Shown: positions 38,219 through 49,378, counted from the stretch's first letter. The stretch is DNA of 64,000 bases from a virus (IMGVR_UViG_3300028591_000072:128001-192000), one strand, 5' to 3'. The notes: generated by a model from the sequence alone, not told the origin. Numbers and translations are program-made.

Positions 38219-38533
38219 ATGGTTACATTTGACAGATATGCACAATTTAGGGAAGGAAATAAAATAAATATAGTTAGTTTTGGTGAAGTTCCTGAAAAGG
38301 CAAGCGATAAATATATAACATATCAAAAGGGTGTTACAAGATTGGATTTGGTTTCTTATCAATTTTACGACAGTCCCGATTATGCTTGGCTTATTTTGCA
38401 GGCAAATGCAAAATATGGTTCAATGGAGTTTAGAATTCCGGATGGTGTTACTATTAGGATTCCATATCCTTTGAATTCATCTTTGTCTGACTATCAAAAA
38501 TCAATAGAAAATAATAAGAAATATTACGGGTAA
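38219..38533 (+). CDS. LysM-like baseplate wedge protein (gp53/tail X-like)
   Basis: TRLDLVSYQFY..P.YAWLILQAN...G.TIRIP. Confidence 0.75.
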   Translation: MVTFDRYAQFREGNKINIVSFGEVPEKASDKYITYQKGVTRLDLVSYQFYDSPDYAWLILQANAKYGSMEFRIPDGVTIRIPYPLNSSLSDYQKSIENNKKYYG

Positions 38534-38545
38534 TGTTTTTGTTTT

Positions 38546-41500
38546 ATGCGTGAATTTGAAAATAACGTTGGAAGATTAAGGTATTTTGACCCAAATGCGA
38601 CTGTGCTTGAAAACAGAGAAGGGACGTATTCTGATTCAATAACTTTTCCATATGAAGATTATAATATGGCGGTTGATTTGCAAATACGTGTCTTTAATAG
38701 ATATTCTTGCGGACTTGGTGACATGACTGGCGAAATGAAATCATACGAATATTCTACAAAAAACGGCACTTTATCTTTTTTAGGTGGCACTGATGGTATT
38801 CTTACAACAAATTATACTGATATATCAATGGTAAATCCATCAGGAAATACATCAGAATGCCTTGGAATAGAGTCAATTCAAGTTACATATGACAGTTGGC
38901 TTCACCCAACAGTTAATATTGTCTTTATTGATGTTCGTGGTGGAACTGTAATGCAGCCAGCGGAATCACATTATTATAATGACTTGGAAGAAGGTAGTAA
39001 TTATCAAATATATAGAGCCTTGTTCTCGTTTCCATATCCGTTGTTTTTACTTAAGGTGAAAGGCTTTTATGGACGTGGTGTTACATATAGGCTTGCTGTT
39101 AATAGAACAGATATAGAATTTGATGCAAGTAGTGGAAACTTTAAAATATCTGTTGATTTCATTGGGCATATTTATGGCCTTTTTGCAGACATACCAATGA
39201 CATATATTGCAATTGCTCCTTATACTGAAGAAGGTAATAGATATTGGGAACAAAAAGTTTCTGATAAGACATTTTGGTTTTATTCAATGTCTTCTTCCGG
39301 TGAACCTATAGAAAAATCTCCAATGATTAAGTTTCCTGAATTGGCGCTAAGGGCTGCTGAGGTTGCTTTTTCACAACCTGCTGCTAAAATAAAAGCAGAT
39401 ACGCAGAAAACTCTTCAAGACCTTGACTCTGAAATAGAATCTTTGAATGGCATTGTGACTGAATATAGAAATATTTTTGAGAATAATTCAAATGTTGTTT
39501 TGTTTGAGGATGGAAAAGTGTTTCCTTATTTTTCATATATTGCATATTTTGGAAATGGTAATTTATTTGGAAATGATGGAGAAAAAGAGGCATTTAACTC
39601 ATTTATAGAGCATGTTAAAAATCATGATACTTCTTATGGCACATCTTATGAATATAGGTTTGGAAGACTTAGTTCATTCGTGCAAAATAGTTGGCTTGAT
39701 TCTGAGAAATATGTTAAATATAAGAGAAATGAAAATGGTACATTTGAGTTTGATGGGTATGCTGGATGGGTGACAAAAAAAGAATTAACTTATGGTGATT
39801 CAAAACTTACAGATATTTTTGATTTGACAAAAAACCCAGATTTGGGTAATTTCTTGAAGAATTCATCAAAAATTGAAGGAATTCCTGTTGATAATGTGAA
39901 AATATATGCATTTAGAAATAGTGGAGAAAAAATTGGTGATATTATTAACAATAAAATTCCTGAAAACATAAAAAAAATACAAAAATCAAAAGAAATATCC
40001 GAAAAAGAGGGAAAAGAAAAACAGGTATCATATATTGAAGATGCGCTTGGCTTTAGGCCATCAATAAAAAATATGTATGATTTAGCATTTGCTCATCTTG
40101 ATACATTTATGCATGTTTATTATGAAACGCTAAAAAAAATCAGAATGCAACTTGAAAAAAAAGGTGATGAAAGGAAAAAAATAACATATTCTCTTACTGA
40201 TGATTTGACAGATTGTGAAAGGTCTAGTGGAATTAACCTAAACCAATATGAAAACAATTTTGTAAGAGGTGATTTTCTACCTCCATTTGCTGGAATATAT
40301 AAATATATGGACGATGCTGACAATTATACAAAGAAAAGAACAATGATGTGGCCTGGCGACCTTCCAAACGGTGATAGTTCGCTTGAAGAAGTAAAGTTTA
40401 TTTTTGATTTGCTGAATGGTTCTAAATTGTATTTTGAACGGTCTGAAGAAGTTAATTTTGAAATAGAAAAATTTAGGTCAAGTGGAAGTACTAATGTTAG
40501 TTCAGGAAGGCATCCGATGGCTGATGTAAAGAATTTTATACCGTTGACTGTGTATGATATTGCAAATAACGGATATGTTGCAAATCCATATTCAAGTATT
40601 GCTTTGAAAATAAAAAATGAAGTTGATATAGATGAAATAATTGGAGATGTGTATGGCATATTTTCTCTTAGATTATTCTATTATATGAATTCGTTTGATA
40701 GTGGAAAAAATACTAATACAAATGAAGCGGCATTTTTTGGGAGGCTTGATGCTATTAATTTTTTCAAGGCTGTTGGTAAAAGTGAGTCAACAGTGCTTTA
40801 TAAATTTTTGAGTGAGTTTGCTGATGGCGAAGATATGCGCAAAGACAGAAAGAAGTTTGAAGACGCAATAACATACGGTGATGACAGTGTGGATAGCAAG
40901 ACAAAAATGGTTAAATCATGGAGAATAGATTCGTCAAGTGGTACAAATAGGAGTTTGTTTACTAGAAGTGGAAAAGTGTATCGCTATTCCTATTCAAAAA
41001 CGGATACTGTCGAATGTTCAAATGGTGTTTTGTCAGTTAAAGTTCCTATTAAATATTTTCCTGTTAAAATAGAAGGAATGAACGAACTTAAAAAATCGTT
41101 TTCTAATGGATTTCCAAGAAATAATGAAGGCTTTATATCTTCAATATCGCATGAAGCATATTCAGGAACAACAGATGGATATAGGGTTGGTAAGACAATG
41201 AATGGTGGGACTTTTTTGCTTTATGAAACAAGAGATTACATTAAAAATCTTTATAAAAATATAGAAGATGAATTAAATCAGGAAAAAAGTGAAAATGGGA
41301 ATTCAATAACCGATGAAGATATTAATGCAATTAAAGCGAAAAGCACATTTAAGGGCTTTTCAAATAACATTGACTCATCAGTAAAGCCAAAAATAAGAAA
41401 GTATGCAATAGAGAAAACAAAAAGTGATGAAAAATTATCAATAGACGAGATGATAAAAAACGGCTCTCTTGAATCAATGGATAGTTATCAAATTGTACAT

Positions 41501-44500
41501 CCGGATGCTATTGATGATGCAAGGAATCAAAATCAATTAGATGCAAATGGAGAAACATCTGTAAGGGATGCAAGGAGCGTTTTGGAAACACCTTTATATT
41601 GGCTTCAAGATAATGTTTATGCCAAAGCAATGCTGTTTATACAAGGGGCATTGATTACTGATGGCATTCTTGGAATGGAATATAAAAACAATAGTGTTGT
41701 TCAACGAGCTTCATTGCTAAGAGAGGGGTCAACATATTGGTATCATGATAATTATGATTTGGTTAAAACAGAAGGACATTGCAAATTTAAATATTCTATA
41801 GATAAAGATGGGAATTGTACTGAAATAGAAGGTGATTATAAATTTAAAAAGCCAAATCAAAACCAAATGTTCATTTCGAATTACAGTGAAAATGGGGACG
41901 GTATTAATGATAATCAAGCACTTATATATGACAATTTTGAAACATATAATCCAATACCATATGATTCAAATGCACAATATTATGATACGCCTTATTATGG
42001 TGGCATAAAGCAAAAAGAAACTAAAGATGTGTCAAAATCAAGGGTGGAGTATTTGAAGAAGTATTTTGAAAGTTGGGTCGAAAATGAGTTTGCACCCGTT
42101 CTTGATTGTTATGAGGATATAACATTATATGGAGATAAAGAAAGAAGAAAATATGGCGATGGCCTTGATATATCTCTTGTTACTGGCGCAATGTCATCTG
42201 GGGAATCAAATAGAATACCACGTGCACGAAAACTTCAAGAATGTTTAAAGGGCGTATATTTTAATAGTTGTACTATTTTTGACTATTATGGAGGGTTTTA
42301 TAATAATGTAATGAGTGTTAAAGAATCTGTATTTACGAGCGGATTTAGGGCCTTTATGAAACAACTTCGTGCCATATATGGTGATATGGCGGATGCAACT
42401 CAAAATGAAATTAATGATGCATTTGCAAAAAAATATGCAGAAGACCCATTTAGGAATAAGGACTTGCGACTTAGTACATATATGACACTAAAATCTTTGT
42501 ATGATAAATGGATATGCTCGTCACTTAAAGGGGAAAAAACTTGGAGGTTTAATAGAACTGATTTTGAACATAATAAGAGGATAAATAGTGATAGAAACTA
42601 TTATAATGCACATCGTGGAGAATATGAGTTGGATAATTTCATATATGTTGATAGTTTTTATCGTGATATAGGATATGATTTGACCATAAACCTTACAAAA
42701 TTTGTAGATTGGATTGGTAAGTGCTTACCAACATCTGATATGCATAGCGTTGAAGGCATAATGTCATATAATTCAAAAACATTATATGAATTTTTGACGG
42801 ATATAGCAATAGATTGTGGCGCTATATTATTGGCTATTCCACAAAGATTTATGTTTGATTGTGGTGAAAATATAAAGAAAGTTTTTACTCCAATTCCATC
42901 TTGCCAAGATTGGGATGATGATACATATACATATATGTTTCTTTATAACTATAAGCCTTCTGAGCACCTTGGTACACAAGAACCAACGAATATTGATATG
43001 AATGGATGGTCTCCTGAAGGTGATGGATTTGATTTGACTGATAAGGATATTGTTGGGGAATTGTTTGATGAAAACGATATAGGCTATGGTGTTCCGGCTT
43101 TTGGCGTTACGTTTGCAAAACAAAATCAGTCGTATTTTAAAAACATTTCTTTAACCACAAAACAGCATGGTGTTACTGAAGCGGGACTTAATGCAACATT
43201 TCAAATTGCTGCAAAATCGTCTGAAACAGTTAGAGAAACAACTTTGTATGGACAAGATATATATAAGGTGTTTTCTAATAATTCATATGAGTGCACTGTT
43301 GAGATGATGGGAAATATGCAAATTTTTCCACCAATGTATTTTCAATTAAACAATATTCCAATGTGGAGAGGTGCTTATATGATTAAAAAAGTTACACATT
43401 CAATAAGGCCTGGCGATATAACAACAACCTTTGTAGGAGTAAAGCAAAACAAGTATTTGATACCAATGGCAAACGCTACAATAGCATCTCTCGGAACAAA
43501 CGAGAAAAGGAATTCAAGTTCAGAATCAAACAACGAAACTGTTGTTAGTGAATTAAGCGTTTTTGTTGATGGAAGCCAAGGAATAGGAGTTAAGCAAATT
43601 CCTCAAAATTTAGGAAAGAATATTTCAGAAGATGCTGATTTGGATAAAGATGATATTTCACCAACAAAGCCTATTATATGTATAACACCAGCTCATTCTA
43701 CTACACATAAGGCGCTAGAACATTCATGGAGCACGAAGATTGTTGATAATTATATAATACCAAAACTAAAAAGACAAACGTTTATGGATGGAACTTCTTA
43801 TGAAAAACATGTATTTAGGGGTGGAAGAACTAATAGGCCAAATAGAGAGTCAAATTCATACGATTTAGACCCGGTTAGACATTTGATAAGCAAGTATGGG
43901 TCAAATTGTGTTGTTTCTGTTGTACCACATTGGAATGGCGCACATGGACAATATTATATGGCTATATATGGAAAAATTAATGAAGGAAGTTGTACTAAAT
44001 ATATAAACGAAGAAGGAAAAGAGGCTTATAAGGATTGTACTGCATCAATGGCATATTTCAGGGCGGATTCAAGAAAATTCGGAGAGTTTTTTAGGGCGGC
44101 AGCAAACGAGGCCTATTCAAAAAGAGATACATATTCCACGATGCCAAATGGAATGATGGATGGTGGAATTACAACTGAAAAAAATGGGCCATTGAAATAT
44201 TTGTTGAAACCGGATAACACAGACCCGGCACCAATGGTCAACTGTTCTTGCGTTCTTACTGAAAACTTTTTTGCTGACTATAGTGTTAATAGTGTATCAT
44301 GGCAAGGGCCTGACTATGACAAAAAAGATTCTGAAGGAAGATACCAAACAGGGCGTGCATGGCTTGAAAGTGAAGAAGGACTCAATGTAATATCGGATAT
44401 ACATGTGAATGCAATAGTTAATTACATTAATTCATTGAAAGAAAACACAGTAAATCCGCCAATAGAAGATGGACAAAAAAAACAACAGGAATTTAAGGAA

Positions 44501-44581
44501 AAGATTAAGGAAATTCAAAATAGGAATATGAAATCAGATAAACTATCAGGTAAAAGGGGTGGAAAATTTGGAAAATGGTAA
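38546..44581 (+). CDS. Large baseplate hub protein with C-terminal Amidase_3-like domain
   Basis: GIESIQV...P.V.I.F.DVRG; Y.C.VEMMGN..I.P.MYFQL.NIPM..GAY.I.KVTH; C-terminal ITPAH..EH..SVVPHWN..VLTENFF. Confidence 0.7.
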   Translation: MREFENNVGRLRYFDPNATVLENREGTYSDSITFPYEDYNMAVDLQIRVFNRYSCGLGDMTGEMKSYEYSTKNGTLSFLGGTDGILTTNYTDISMVNPSGNTSECLGIESIQVTYDSWLHPTVNIVFIDVRGGTVMQPAESHYYNDLEEGSNYQIYRALFSFPYPLFLLKVKGFYGRGVTYRLAVNRTDIEFDASSGNFKISVDFIGHIYGLFADIPMTYIAIAPYTEEGNRYWEQKVSDKTFWFYSMSSSGEPIEKSPMIKFPELALRAAEVAFSQPAAKIKADTQKTLQDLDSEIESLNGIVTEYRNIFENNSNVVLFEDGKVFPYFSYIAYFGNGNLFGNDGEKEAFNSFIEHVKNHDTSYGTSYEYRFGRLSSFVQNSWLDSEKYVKYKRNENGTFEFDGYAGWVTKKELTYGDSKLTDIFDLTKNPDLGNFLKNSSKIEGIPVDNVKIYAFRNSGEKIGDIINNKIPENIKKIQKSKEISEKEGKEKQVSYIEDALGFRPSIKNMYDLAFAHLDTFMHVYYETLKKIRMQLEKKGDERKKITYSLTDDLTDCERSSGINLNQYENNFVRGDFLPPFAGIYKYMDDADNYTKKRTMMWPGDLPNGDSSLEEVKFIFDLLNGSKLYFERSEEVNFEIEKFRSSGSTNVSSGRHPMADVKNFIPLTVYDIANNGYVANPYSSIALKIKNEVDIDEIIGDVYGIFSLRLFYYMNSFDSGKNTNTNEAAFFGRLDAINFFKAVGKSESTVLYKFLSEFADGEDMRKDRKKFEDAITYGDDSVDSKTKMVKSWRIDSSSGTNRSLFTRSGKVYRYSYSKTDTVECSNGVLSVKVPIKYFPVKIEGMNELKKSFSNGFPRNNEGFISSISHEAYSGTTDGYRVGKTMNGGTFLLYETRDYIKNLYKNIEDELNQEKSENGNSITDEDINAIKAKSTFKGFSNNIDSSVKPKIRKYAIEKTKSDEKLSIDEMIKNGSLESMDSYQIVHPDAIDDARNQNQLDANGETSVRDARSVLETPLYWLQDNVYAKAMLFIQGALITDGILGMEYKNNSVVQRASLLREGSTYWYHDNYDLVKTEGHCKFKYSIDKDGNCTEIEGDYKFKKPNQNQMFISNYSENGDGINDNQALIYDNFETYNPIPYDSNAQYYDTPYYGGIKQKETKDVSKSRVEYLKKYFESWVENEFAPVLDCYEDITLYGDKERRKYGDGLDISLVTGAMSSGESNRIPRARKLQECLKGVYFNSCTIFDYYGGFYNNVMSVKESVFTSGFRAFMKQLRAIYGDMADATQNEINDAFAKKYAEDPFRNKDLRLSTYMTLKSLYDKWICSSLKGEKTWRFNRTDFEHNKRINSDRNYYNAHRGEYELDNFIYVDSFYRDIGYDLTINLTKFVDWIGKCLPTSDMHSVEGIMSYNSKTLYEFLTDIAIDCGAILLAIPQRFMFDCGENIKKVFTPIPSCQDWDDDTYTYMFLYNYKPSEHLGTQEPTNIDMNGWSPEGDGFDLTDKDIVGELFDENDIGYGVPAFGVTFAKQNQSYFKNISLTTKQHGVTEAGLNATFQIAAKSSETVRETTLYGQDIYKVFSNNSYECTVEMMGNMQIFPPMYFQLNNIPMWRGAYMIKKVTHSIRPGDITTTFVGVKQNKYLIPMANATIASLGTNEKRNSSSESNNETVVSELSVFVDGSQGIGVKQIPQNLGKNISEDADLDKDDISPTKPIICITPAHSTTHKALEHSWSTKIVDNYIIPKLKRQTFMDGTSYEKHVFRGGRTNRPNRESNSYDLDPVRHLISKYGSNCVVSVVPHWNGAHGQYYMAIYGKINEGSCTKYINEEGKEAYKDCTASMAYFRADSRKFGEFFRAAANEAYSKRDTYSTMPNGMMDGGITTEKNGPLKYLLKPDNTDPAPMVNCSCVLTENFFADYSVNSVSWQGPDYDKKDSEGRYQTGRAWLESEEGLNVISDIHVNAIVNYINSLKENTVNPPIEDGQKKQQEFKEKIKEIQNRNMKSDKLSGKRGGKFGKW

Positions 44582-44630
44582 ATTATTTTTGTAATAATTT
44601 TAAAATTTTGTATATTGATTAAAATTTTTA

Positions 44631-45224
44631 TTGATGAGAAAGATTGCTAATATTTTGACTAAAAATTTATTTAATGATAAAATATTTTATAATGTTGTTG
44701 AAAATAAAAACGATATAATTCGTGGACTTCCTGTTTTATGTGTTGGTGTTGATTTTACAAAAAAGAATTATCCTAATTTTAACAGGATAAATATGAAAAT
44801 TGATGAACTTACAAGTTGGACTTATGGACCACGTGAAAAAAGAAACATATACGAGTCAAGACTAAAACTATTTATTAGCGATGCTATAGAAAAATTTAAG
44901 TCAAATATTAACTATAGATATGTTAATGTTATTGTCGATAAAGATTCTAAAGAATTTTCTACAGTTAAAGAAATGTCTAATAGTGGTGATAAAAAAGTTA
45001 TATCGTTTATTTACAATGGCGTTATATATATGTACGATAACATTAATACTGTTTACGGAGTTTCAATAAGGGAGATGTCGTATATTGGAATTGATGTCAA
45101 GTCTTTTTTAAGAAATATGTATTTAAATACAACTGTTATAACGAATAAAGATTCTATACCGTTAGATGTTAGAATATTGTTTAATGGTTGCGATTATTTA
45201 ATACCTTGTTTGTTTTCTAACTGA
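44631..45224 (+). CDS. Hypothetical protein
   Basis: 197-aa ORF after a TTTG-N19-TATATT motif (44588-44616). Confidence 0.7.
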   Translation: MMRKIANILTKNLFNDKIFYNVVENKNDIIRGLPVLCVGVDFTKKNYPNFNRINMKIDELTSWTYGPREKRNIYESRLKLFISDAIEKFKSNINYRYVNVIVDKDSKEFSTVKEMSNSGDKKVISFIYNGVIYMYDNINTVYGVSIREMSYIGIDVKSFLRNMYLNTTVITNKDSIPLDVRILFNGCDYLIPCLFSN

Positions 45225-45274
45225 TATAATTAGTTTTTTGTTTTTAAAACTATTTATATGTAAAATATTATATT

Positions 45275-45604
45275 ATGTTTTCACCTAGAATAGTGGTTAA
45301 AAGATATGGATTGGTAAAAAAGATGGCAAAAAAAAGTATTAAAGATGAAAAAATGCTTGATAATTTTTTAGGAAGCCATAATGAGGAAAAGATAGATGAT
45401 GAAGTAAAAGAAAGTAAGAATAATAAGAAAAAAAACAAAAAAGATATGGCAATTAATGAAGAACAAATTTCAGCTGCTGAAGAGCAAGCAAGTGCGTTAT
45501 CTAATAATGTAAAAGTTGTAAAAAAAGAACGTGGCTTGATTGAAAGAACCGAGTCATCTAAAATAATTCTTACAGAGGATAATAGACAAGTGTTAAATGA
45601 CTAA
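45275..45604 (+). CDS. Hypothetical late protein
   Basis: CTATTTAT at 45250; C-terminal GLIERTE..IILTED.RQ.L.D. Confidence 0.65.
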   Translation: MFSPRIVVKRYGLVKKMAKKSIKDEKMLDNFLGSHNEEKIDDEVKESKNNKKKNKKDMAINEEQISAAEEQASALSNNVKVVKKERGLIERTESSKIILTEDNRQVLND

Positions 45605-46409
45605 GAATAGTTTAAACGAAATAAGATATAATTTTAGGCATTTGGTTGAGTATGTAACGCCAGAAGGTGTTGTTGAAGATGAAAATGACCCAAATGCTAT
45701 GGGTGGTAGTGACCCAAATGCCGCTGGAGATTCTATGGGTGGTGACCCAATGGCTATGGGTGGTGACCAAAATGCCATGGGTGGTGACCCAAATGCTATG
45801 GGTGGTGACCCAAATGCTATGGGTGGCGCTCCTATGGGTGGCGACCCTAATGCAATGGGTGACGGACAATCACCTGAAGGCTTTTCTCCACAGGGGGTTG
45901 AACAAGATGCGGGAATGGATGGCATGGGTGGTGACCCTAATTCAATTGGCGGAGACCAAAACATGCCCGGTCCTAATGATGAAGTTATAGAAATTGATGA
46001 TTTAACTAATGCTCAGGAAGACACTGATAAAAAAGTTGATTCTCTAACTTCTAAATTTGAAAAATTAATGTCATCAATTGACGGAATAGAAAAAAGAATA
46101 AATGACATTGATGCACATACGAATCAATATCTTGGAGCACTTAAAGGCGAAATGGAGAAAAGAAATCCAACTCCTTTGCAGAGGTTAACTATGCGTTCAA
46201 CAAAGTCGGCGCCATACGATATGACACCAAATGAGTATATGAACAATTATGCGCCTGATAATTATAGTGATGCACCAGACAACAATGGCGCTGATGACCC
46301 TCAATATAAAATAACAAAGGGAGATATTGATGATTTTGTTGATTATGGCTCAATTGCAAGAGATATTGAAAACAAGAAAATTGGATTAAATGATATATTT
46401 GGATATTAA
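45597..46409 (+). CDS. Acidic protein with (DPNAMGG)n repeats and coiled coil, possible scaffold/internal head protein
   Basis: Low-complexity repeats followed by a heptad region. Confidence 0.65.
   Translation: MTKNSLNEIRYNFRHLVEYVTPEGVVEDENDPNAMGGSDPNAAGDSMGGDPMAMGGDQNAMGGDPNAMGGDPNAMGGAPMGGDPNAMGDGQSPEGFSPQGVEQDAGMDGMGGDPNSIGGDQNMPGPNDEVIEIDDLTNAQEDTDKKVDSLTSKFEKLMSSIDGIEKRINDIDAHTNQYLGALKGEMEKRNPTPLQRLTMRSTKSAPYDMTPNEYMNNYAPDNYSDAPDNNGADDPQYKITKGDIDDFVDYGSIARDIENKKIGLNDIFGY
45687..45860 (+). repeat. Coding 21-nt tandem repeat GACCCAAATGCTATGGGTGGT (about 7 degenerate copies)
   Basis: Directly visible in the sequence. Confidence 0.85.
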
Positions 46410-46411
46410 TG

Positions 46412-46451
46412 ATTATTGGGCTACATTTGTGGCCCAATAATTGTTTTTTTT
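46412..46451 (+). terminator. Intrinsic terminator
   Basis: ATTATTGGGCTAC-attt-GTGGCCCAATAAT followed by a T tract. Confidence 0.7.
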
Positions 46452-46536
46452 GTAAACTTTTTGTATATTAAATAAAAATAGATTTTGATTTATTAACATT
46501 TTTAAAAAATAATTTTATGAAAAATTTTTGTAATTT

Positions 46537-47526
46537 ATGGGTAATTTAATTGATTTACCAAACATTAGTTTAGATTCAGTTGTAAATGAAAGAAATGATG
46601 AACAAAAACCAAAAAAAGAAGGTTTTGATGTTAAAAACTACCTGAATGTAAGGCTTTCAGATGGAGAAGACCAAAAGACGCTTACAATAAGGCTATTACC
46701 GATGGACTTGGAAACAGGTAGTCCGTTTGCGAAGATACACATTCACAACGTTAAAGTCCCTCAAGATATGGTAAAGCCTGGCGAAAAGCCGTATAAATCA
46801 TACATTTGTTTAAATAAGACGGAAGGAATTGACCATGAGAAGTATGGTACAAAATGTCCATTTTGTGAAATGAACTATGCCGCTTATTTAGAATCAACAA
46901 AGGAAACAGACCCTGTAAAAAAGAAAGCATTGCAAGAAGCGTCTCTTGCGTTTAAGAGCCAAGAGGCTGTTATTGTTAGGTGTATTGAGCGTGGAAAAGA
47001 GTCGGATGGTGTTAAGTTTTGGAAATTTAACATTAGGGCAAAAGATAAGACCGACCCATACAATCAAATTTTAAATTTGGCCAAGTTAAGGGAAGAAGCC
47101 GCAAAAAAGAAAGGCGAAGAAAACAATATTCTTGATATCTACACAGGCCGTGATTTGAATGTTACAATTACATCAGCAGAAAAATCGGCACCAAGCATTA
47201 TTGATGACGGTGACAGAAGCCCATTGTCAAAAGATGAGGAACTTATGAAGAAATGGATATTCGACACAAAGAGATGGCAAGATGTGTTTACGTGCAAGCC
47301 TTATGAATATCTTAATCTTGTTGCGCAAATGAGAACTCCATGGTTTGACAAATCAAAAGGTATTTGGGTTGACAAGGAAGAATATGATGCAGAACATGGC
47401 GCAAATACAAAAGATATTAATGACGAAATTAAAAATGCTGAAAACAAGGTAAAAGAAAACGAAAATTCTAAAAATAATTCATTTGTTAATTCATTGGAAA
47501 TTAACGATAGCGATTTACCTTATTAA
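46537..47526 (+). CDS. Single-stranded DNA-binding protein (T4 gp32-like)
   Basis: IRLLP...H...CL...CPFCE...KFWKF...D..TGRDL; acidic tail ending DLPY. Confidence 0.75.
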   Translation: MGNLIDLPNISLDSVVNERNDEQKPKKEGFDVKNYLNVRLSDGEDQKTLTIRLLPMDLETGSPFAKIHIHNVKVPQDMVKPGEKPYKSYICLNKTEGIDHEKYGTKCPFCEMNYAAYLESTKETDPVKKKALQEASLAFKSQEAVIVRCIERGKESDGVKFWKFNIRAKDKTDPYNQILNLAKLREEAAKKKGEENNILDIYTGRDLNVTITSAEKSAPSIIDDGDRSPLSKDEELMKKWIFDTKRWQDVFTCKPYEYLNLVAQMRTPWFDKSKGIWVDKEEYDAEHGANTKDINDEIKNAENKVKENENSKNNSFVNSLEINDSDLPY

Positions 47527-47528
47527 TT

Positions 47529-48155
47529 ATGTGTAATCACGGAAAAATTAAATTTAATTATGGAGCAATGGGTAGTGGCAAAAGTCTTCATTTGATTGCC
47601 ACGGCCCACAACTTCAAAATGCATTCAATACCTTTTATTGTTCTTAAAAGCAGAATAGATGATAGGGATGGCGAAGATATTGTTCATTCTAGGGCAATAG
47701 GAGACATTGAATGTGTTGGAATTACGGTTGAAGATAATATTTTTAGCCTTGTTTCAAATTACTTAAACGCTGATTTGTTTTATGGAGCAAAAGGCCTTAA
47801 ATGGATTCTTATAGACGAATGCCAATTTTTAACAGAAAAACAGGTTGATGAATTGGCAGCAGTTGCAGATAATTTTGGAATAAACGTTTTGTGTTACGGG
47901 CTAAGAACTGATTTTAAAACGCAATTATTTCCTGGTTCAAAAAGGCTATTTGAAATAGCAGATAGTTTTGAGGAAATAAAATCAAGTTGCTATTGCAACA
48001 GTAAGACTATTTTTAATGCAAGAATAAATAAAGAGGGTGAAATTGTTACTGACGGAGAACAAATCGAAGTCGGTGGAGATGACAGATATGTCTCTTTGTG
48101 TAGAAAATGCTATTTTGAAAAGACAAATAACCCTTTGTATAATAAAAATGATTAA
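47529..48155 (+). CDS. tdk: Thymidine kinase
   Basis: GAMGSGKS, IDECQFL, YGLRTDF, Y.SLCRKC. Confidence 0.95.
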   Translation: MCNHGKIKFNYGAMGSGKSLHLIATAHNFKMHSIPFIVLKSRIDDRDGEDIVHSRAIGDIECVGITVEDNIFSLVSNYLNADLFYGAKGLKWILIDECQFLTEKQVDELAAVADNFGINVLCYGLRTDFKTQLFPGSKRLFEIADSFEEIKSSCYCNSKTIFNARINKEGEIVTDGEQIEVGGDDRYVSLCRKCYFEKTNNPLYNKND

Positions 48156-48157
48156 TT

Positions 48158-49378
48158 ATGGCACAGCCACAAAAAAAAGCACCTATTAAAAAGAAGAATA
48201 CAATTTCAGATTTAAAAGCAAAAATGGGATTTGGGGTTTCTGTTGAAAAGGGAAATATACAAGGAAATAGTAATGCAGATAAGCCTCTTGATTGGATATT
48301 AATGCCAAAAGCATTTCAGGATGCTTTAAAGTTACCGGGATGGCCGCAAGGGTATGTAAGCTGTTGTGTTGGTTGGCCCTCGACTGGTAAAAGTACATTG
48401 ATAAATCATGCAATAATAGCGGCACAAAGGCAAGGTTTGATACCAATTATATATGATACGGAAAATAATTTTGACTTTAATTATGCAATTGATATGGGTA
48501 TGGAAGCAACTCCTGTTTATGGCGATATTAATGTTGAAGTTGTTGACCCAGAGACTGGTGATGTTTCCATTGTCAAAGAAAATAGAATAATTGAATATGA
48601 TGGACCATTTGTCTATTTTAATAATACGATACTTGTTAATAGATATGGCGACATAGATTATTCCACCGGTAAACATGGGTCTAAAAAAAGAAACAAGGCT
48701 GTAATTGAAGATATGGTTTATTCTATAAATGAATTCTTAGAGTTACAAGCTAATGGGGAGATTGAACAAGGATTAGTATTTTTGTGGGACTCTGTTGGCT
48801 CAATTGGTGGATTGAAATCTTACAATAGTAAAGTTGGAAACAACATGTTTGATGCTGGGACAATTTCTGCTGCGTTTCAGGATATTATGGATAACTCGAT
48901 TCCTTCATCTAGAAAGGCTTCATCACCGTATACAAATACTATGATAATAATAAATAAAGTTTGGCTTGACTCAACTTCTAACCCAGTTGGGCCACCAAGT
49001 TTAGAGTTAAAAGGAGGTAAGTCAATAACTTATAGGAGTAGACTTGTTGTATTATTAGGAGGGCAATTAAAAGCTGGCATTAAAAGATTAACAGCAACAT
49101 CTAAAGGCTTTGATTATAATTATGGTATACAAACAAAAATTCGGGTTTTAAAAAATCAATTACCTTCTCCATATAATGTAACTTATCAAGGTGAATTTAT
49201 TTGTACGGATATTGGCATAATTGGTACAACAAAAGAAGAGATTGATGATTATAAGAAAAAAAGAATACCATATATTTTAGAAAAGTTAAATAATATGGCA
49301 AAAGAAAGTGGTCAAATTGAAAATTTGACATCGGAAGACATCTCATATAAAGAAAGTGATGAAGATGTTGAATATTGA
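48158..49378 (+). CDS. RecA/UvsX-like recombinase
   Basis: Walker A GWPSTGKST, YDTEN, Walker B FLWDSVGS, KGG, KN. Confidence 0.8.
   Translation: MAQPQKKAPIKKKNTISDLKAKMGFGVSVEKGNIQGNSNADKPLDWILMPKAFQDALKLPGWPQGYVSCCVGWPSTGKSTLINHAIIAAQRQGLIPIIYDTENNFDFNYAIDMGMEATPVYGDINVEVVDPETGDVSIVKENRIIEYDGPFVYFNNTILVNRYGDIDYSTGKHGSKKRNKAVIEDMVYSINEFLELQANGEIEQGLVFLWDSVGSIGGLKSYNSKVGNNMFDAGTISAAFQDIMDNSIPSSRKASSPYTNTMIIINKVWLDSTSNPVGPPSLELKGGKSITYRSRLVVLLGGQLKAGIKRLTATSKGFDYNYGIQTKIRVLKNQLPSPYNVTYQGEFICTDIGIIGTTKEEIDDYKKKRIPYILEKLNNMAKESGQIENLTSEDISYKESDEDVEY

Noticed and set aside
44868-44875. CTATTTAT inside the 44631 gene
   Set aside because: It is intragenic and far from any start codon, so probably a chance match.
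45687-45860. CRISPR array
   Set aside because: The repeats are in-frame coding tandem repeats with no unique spacers; the same applies to the collagen repeat.
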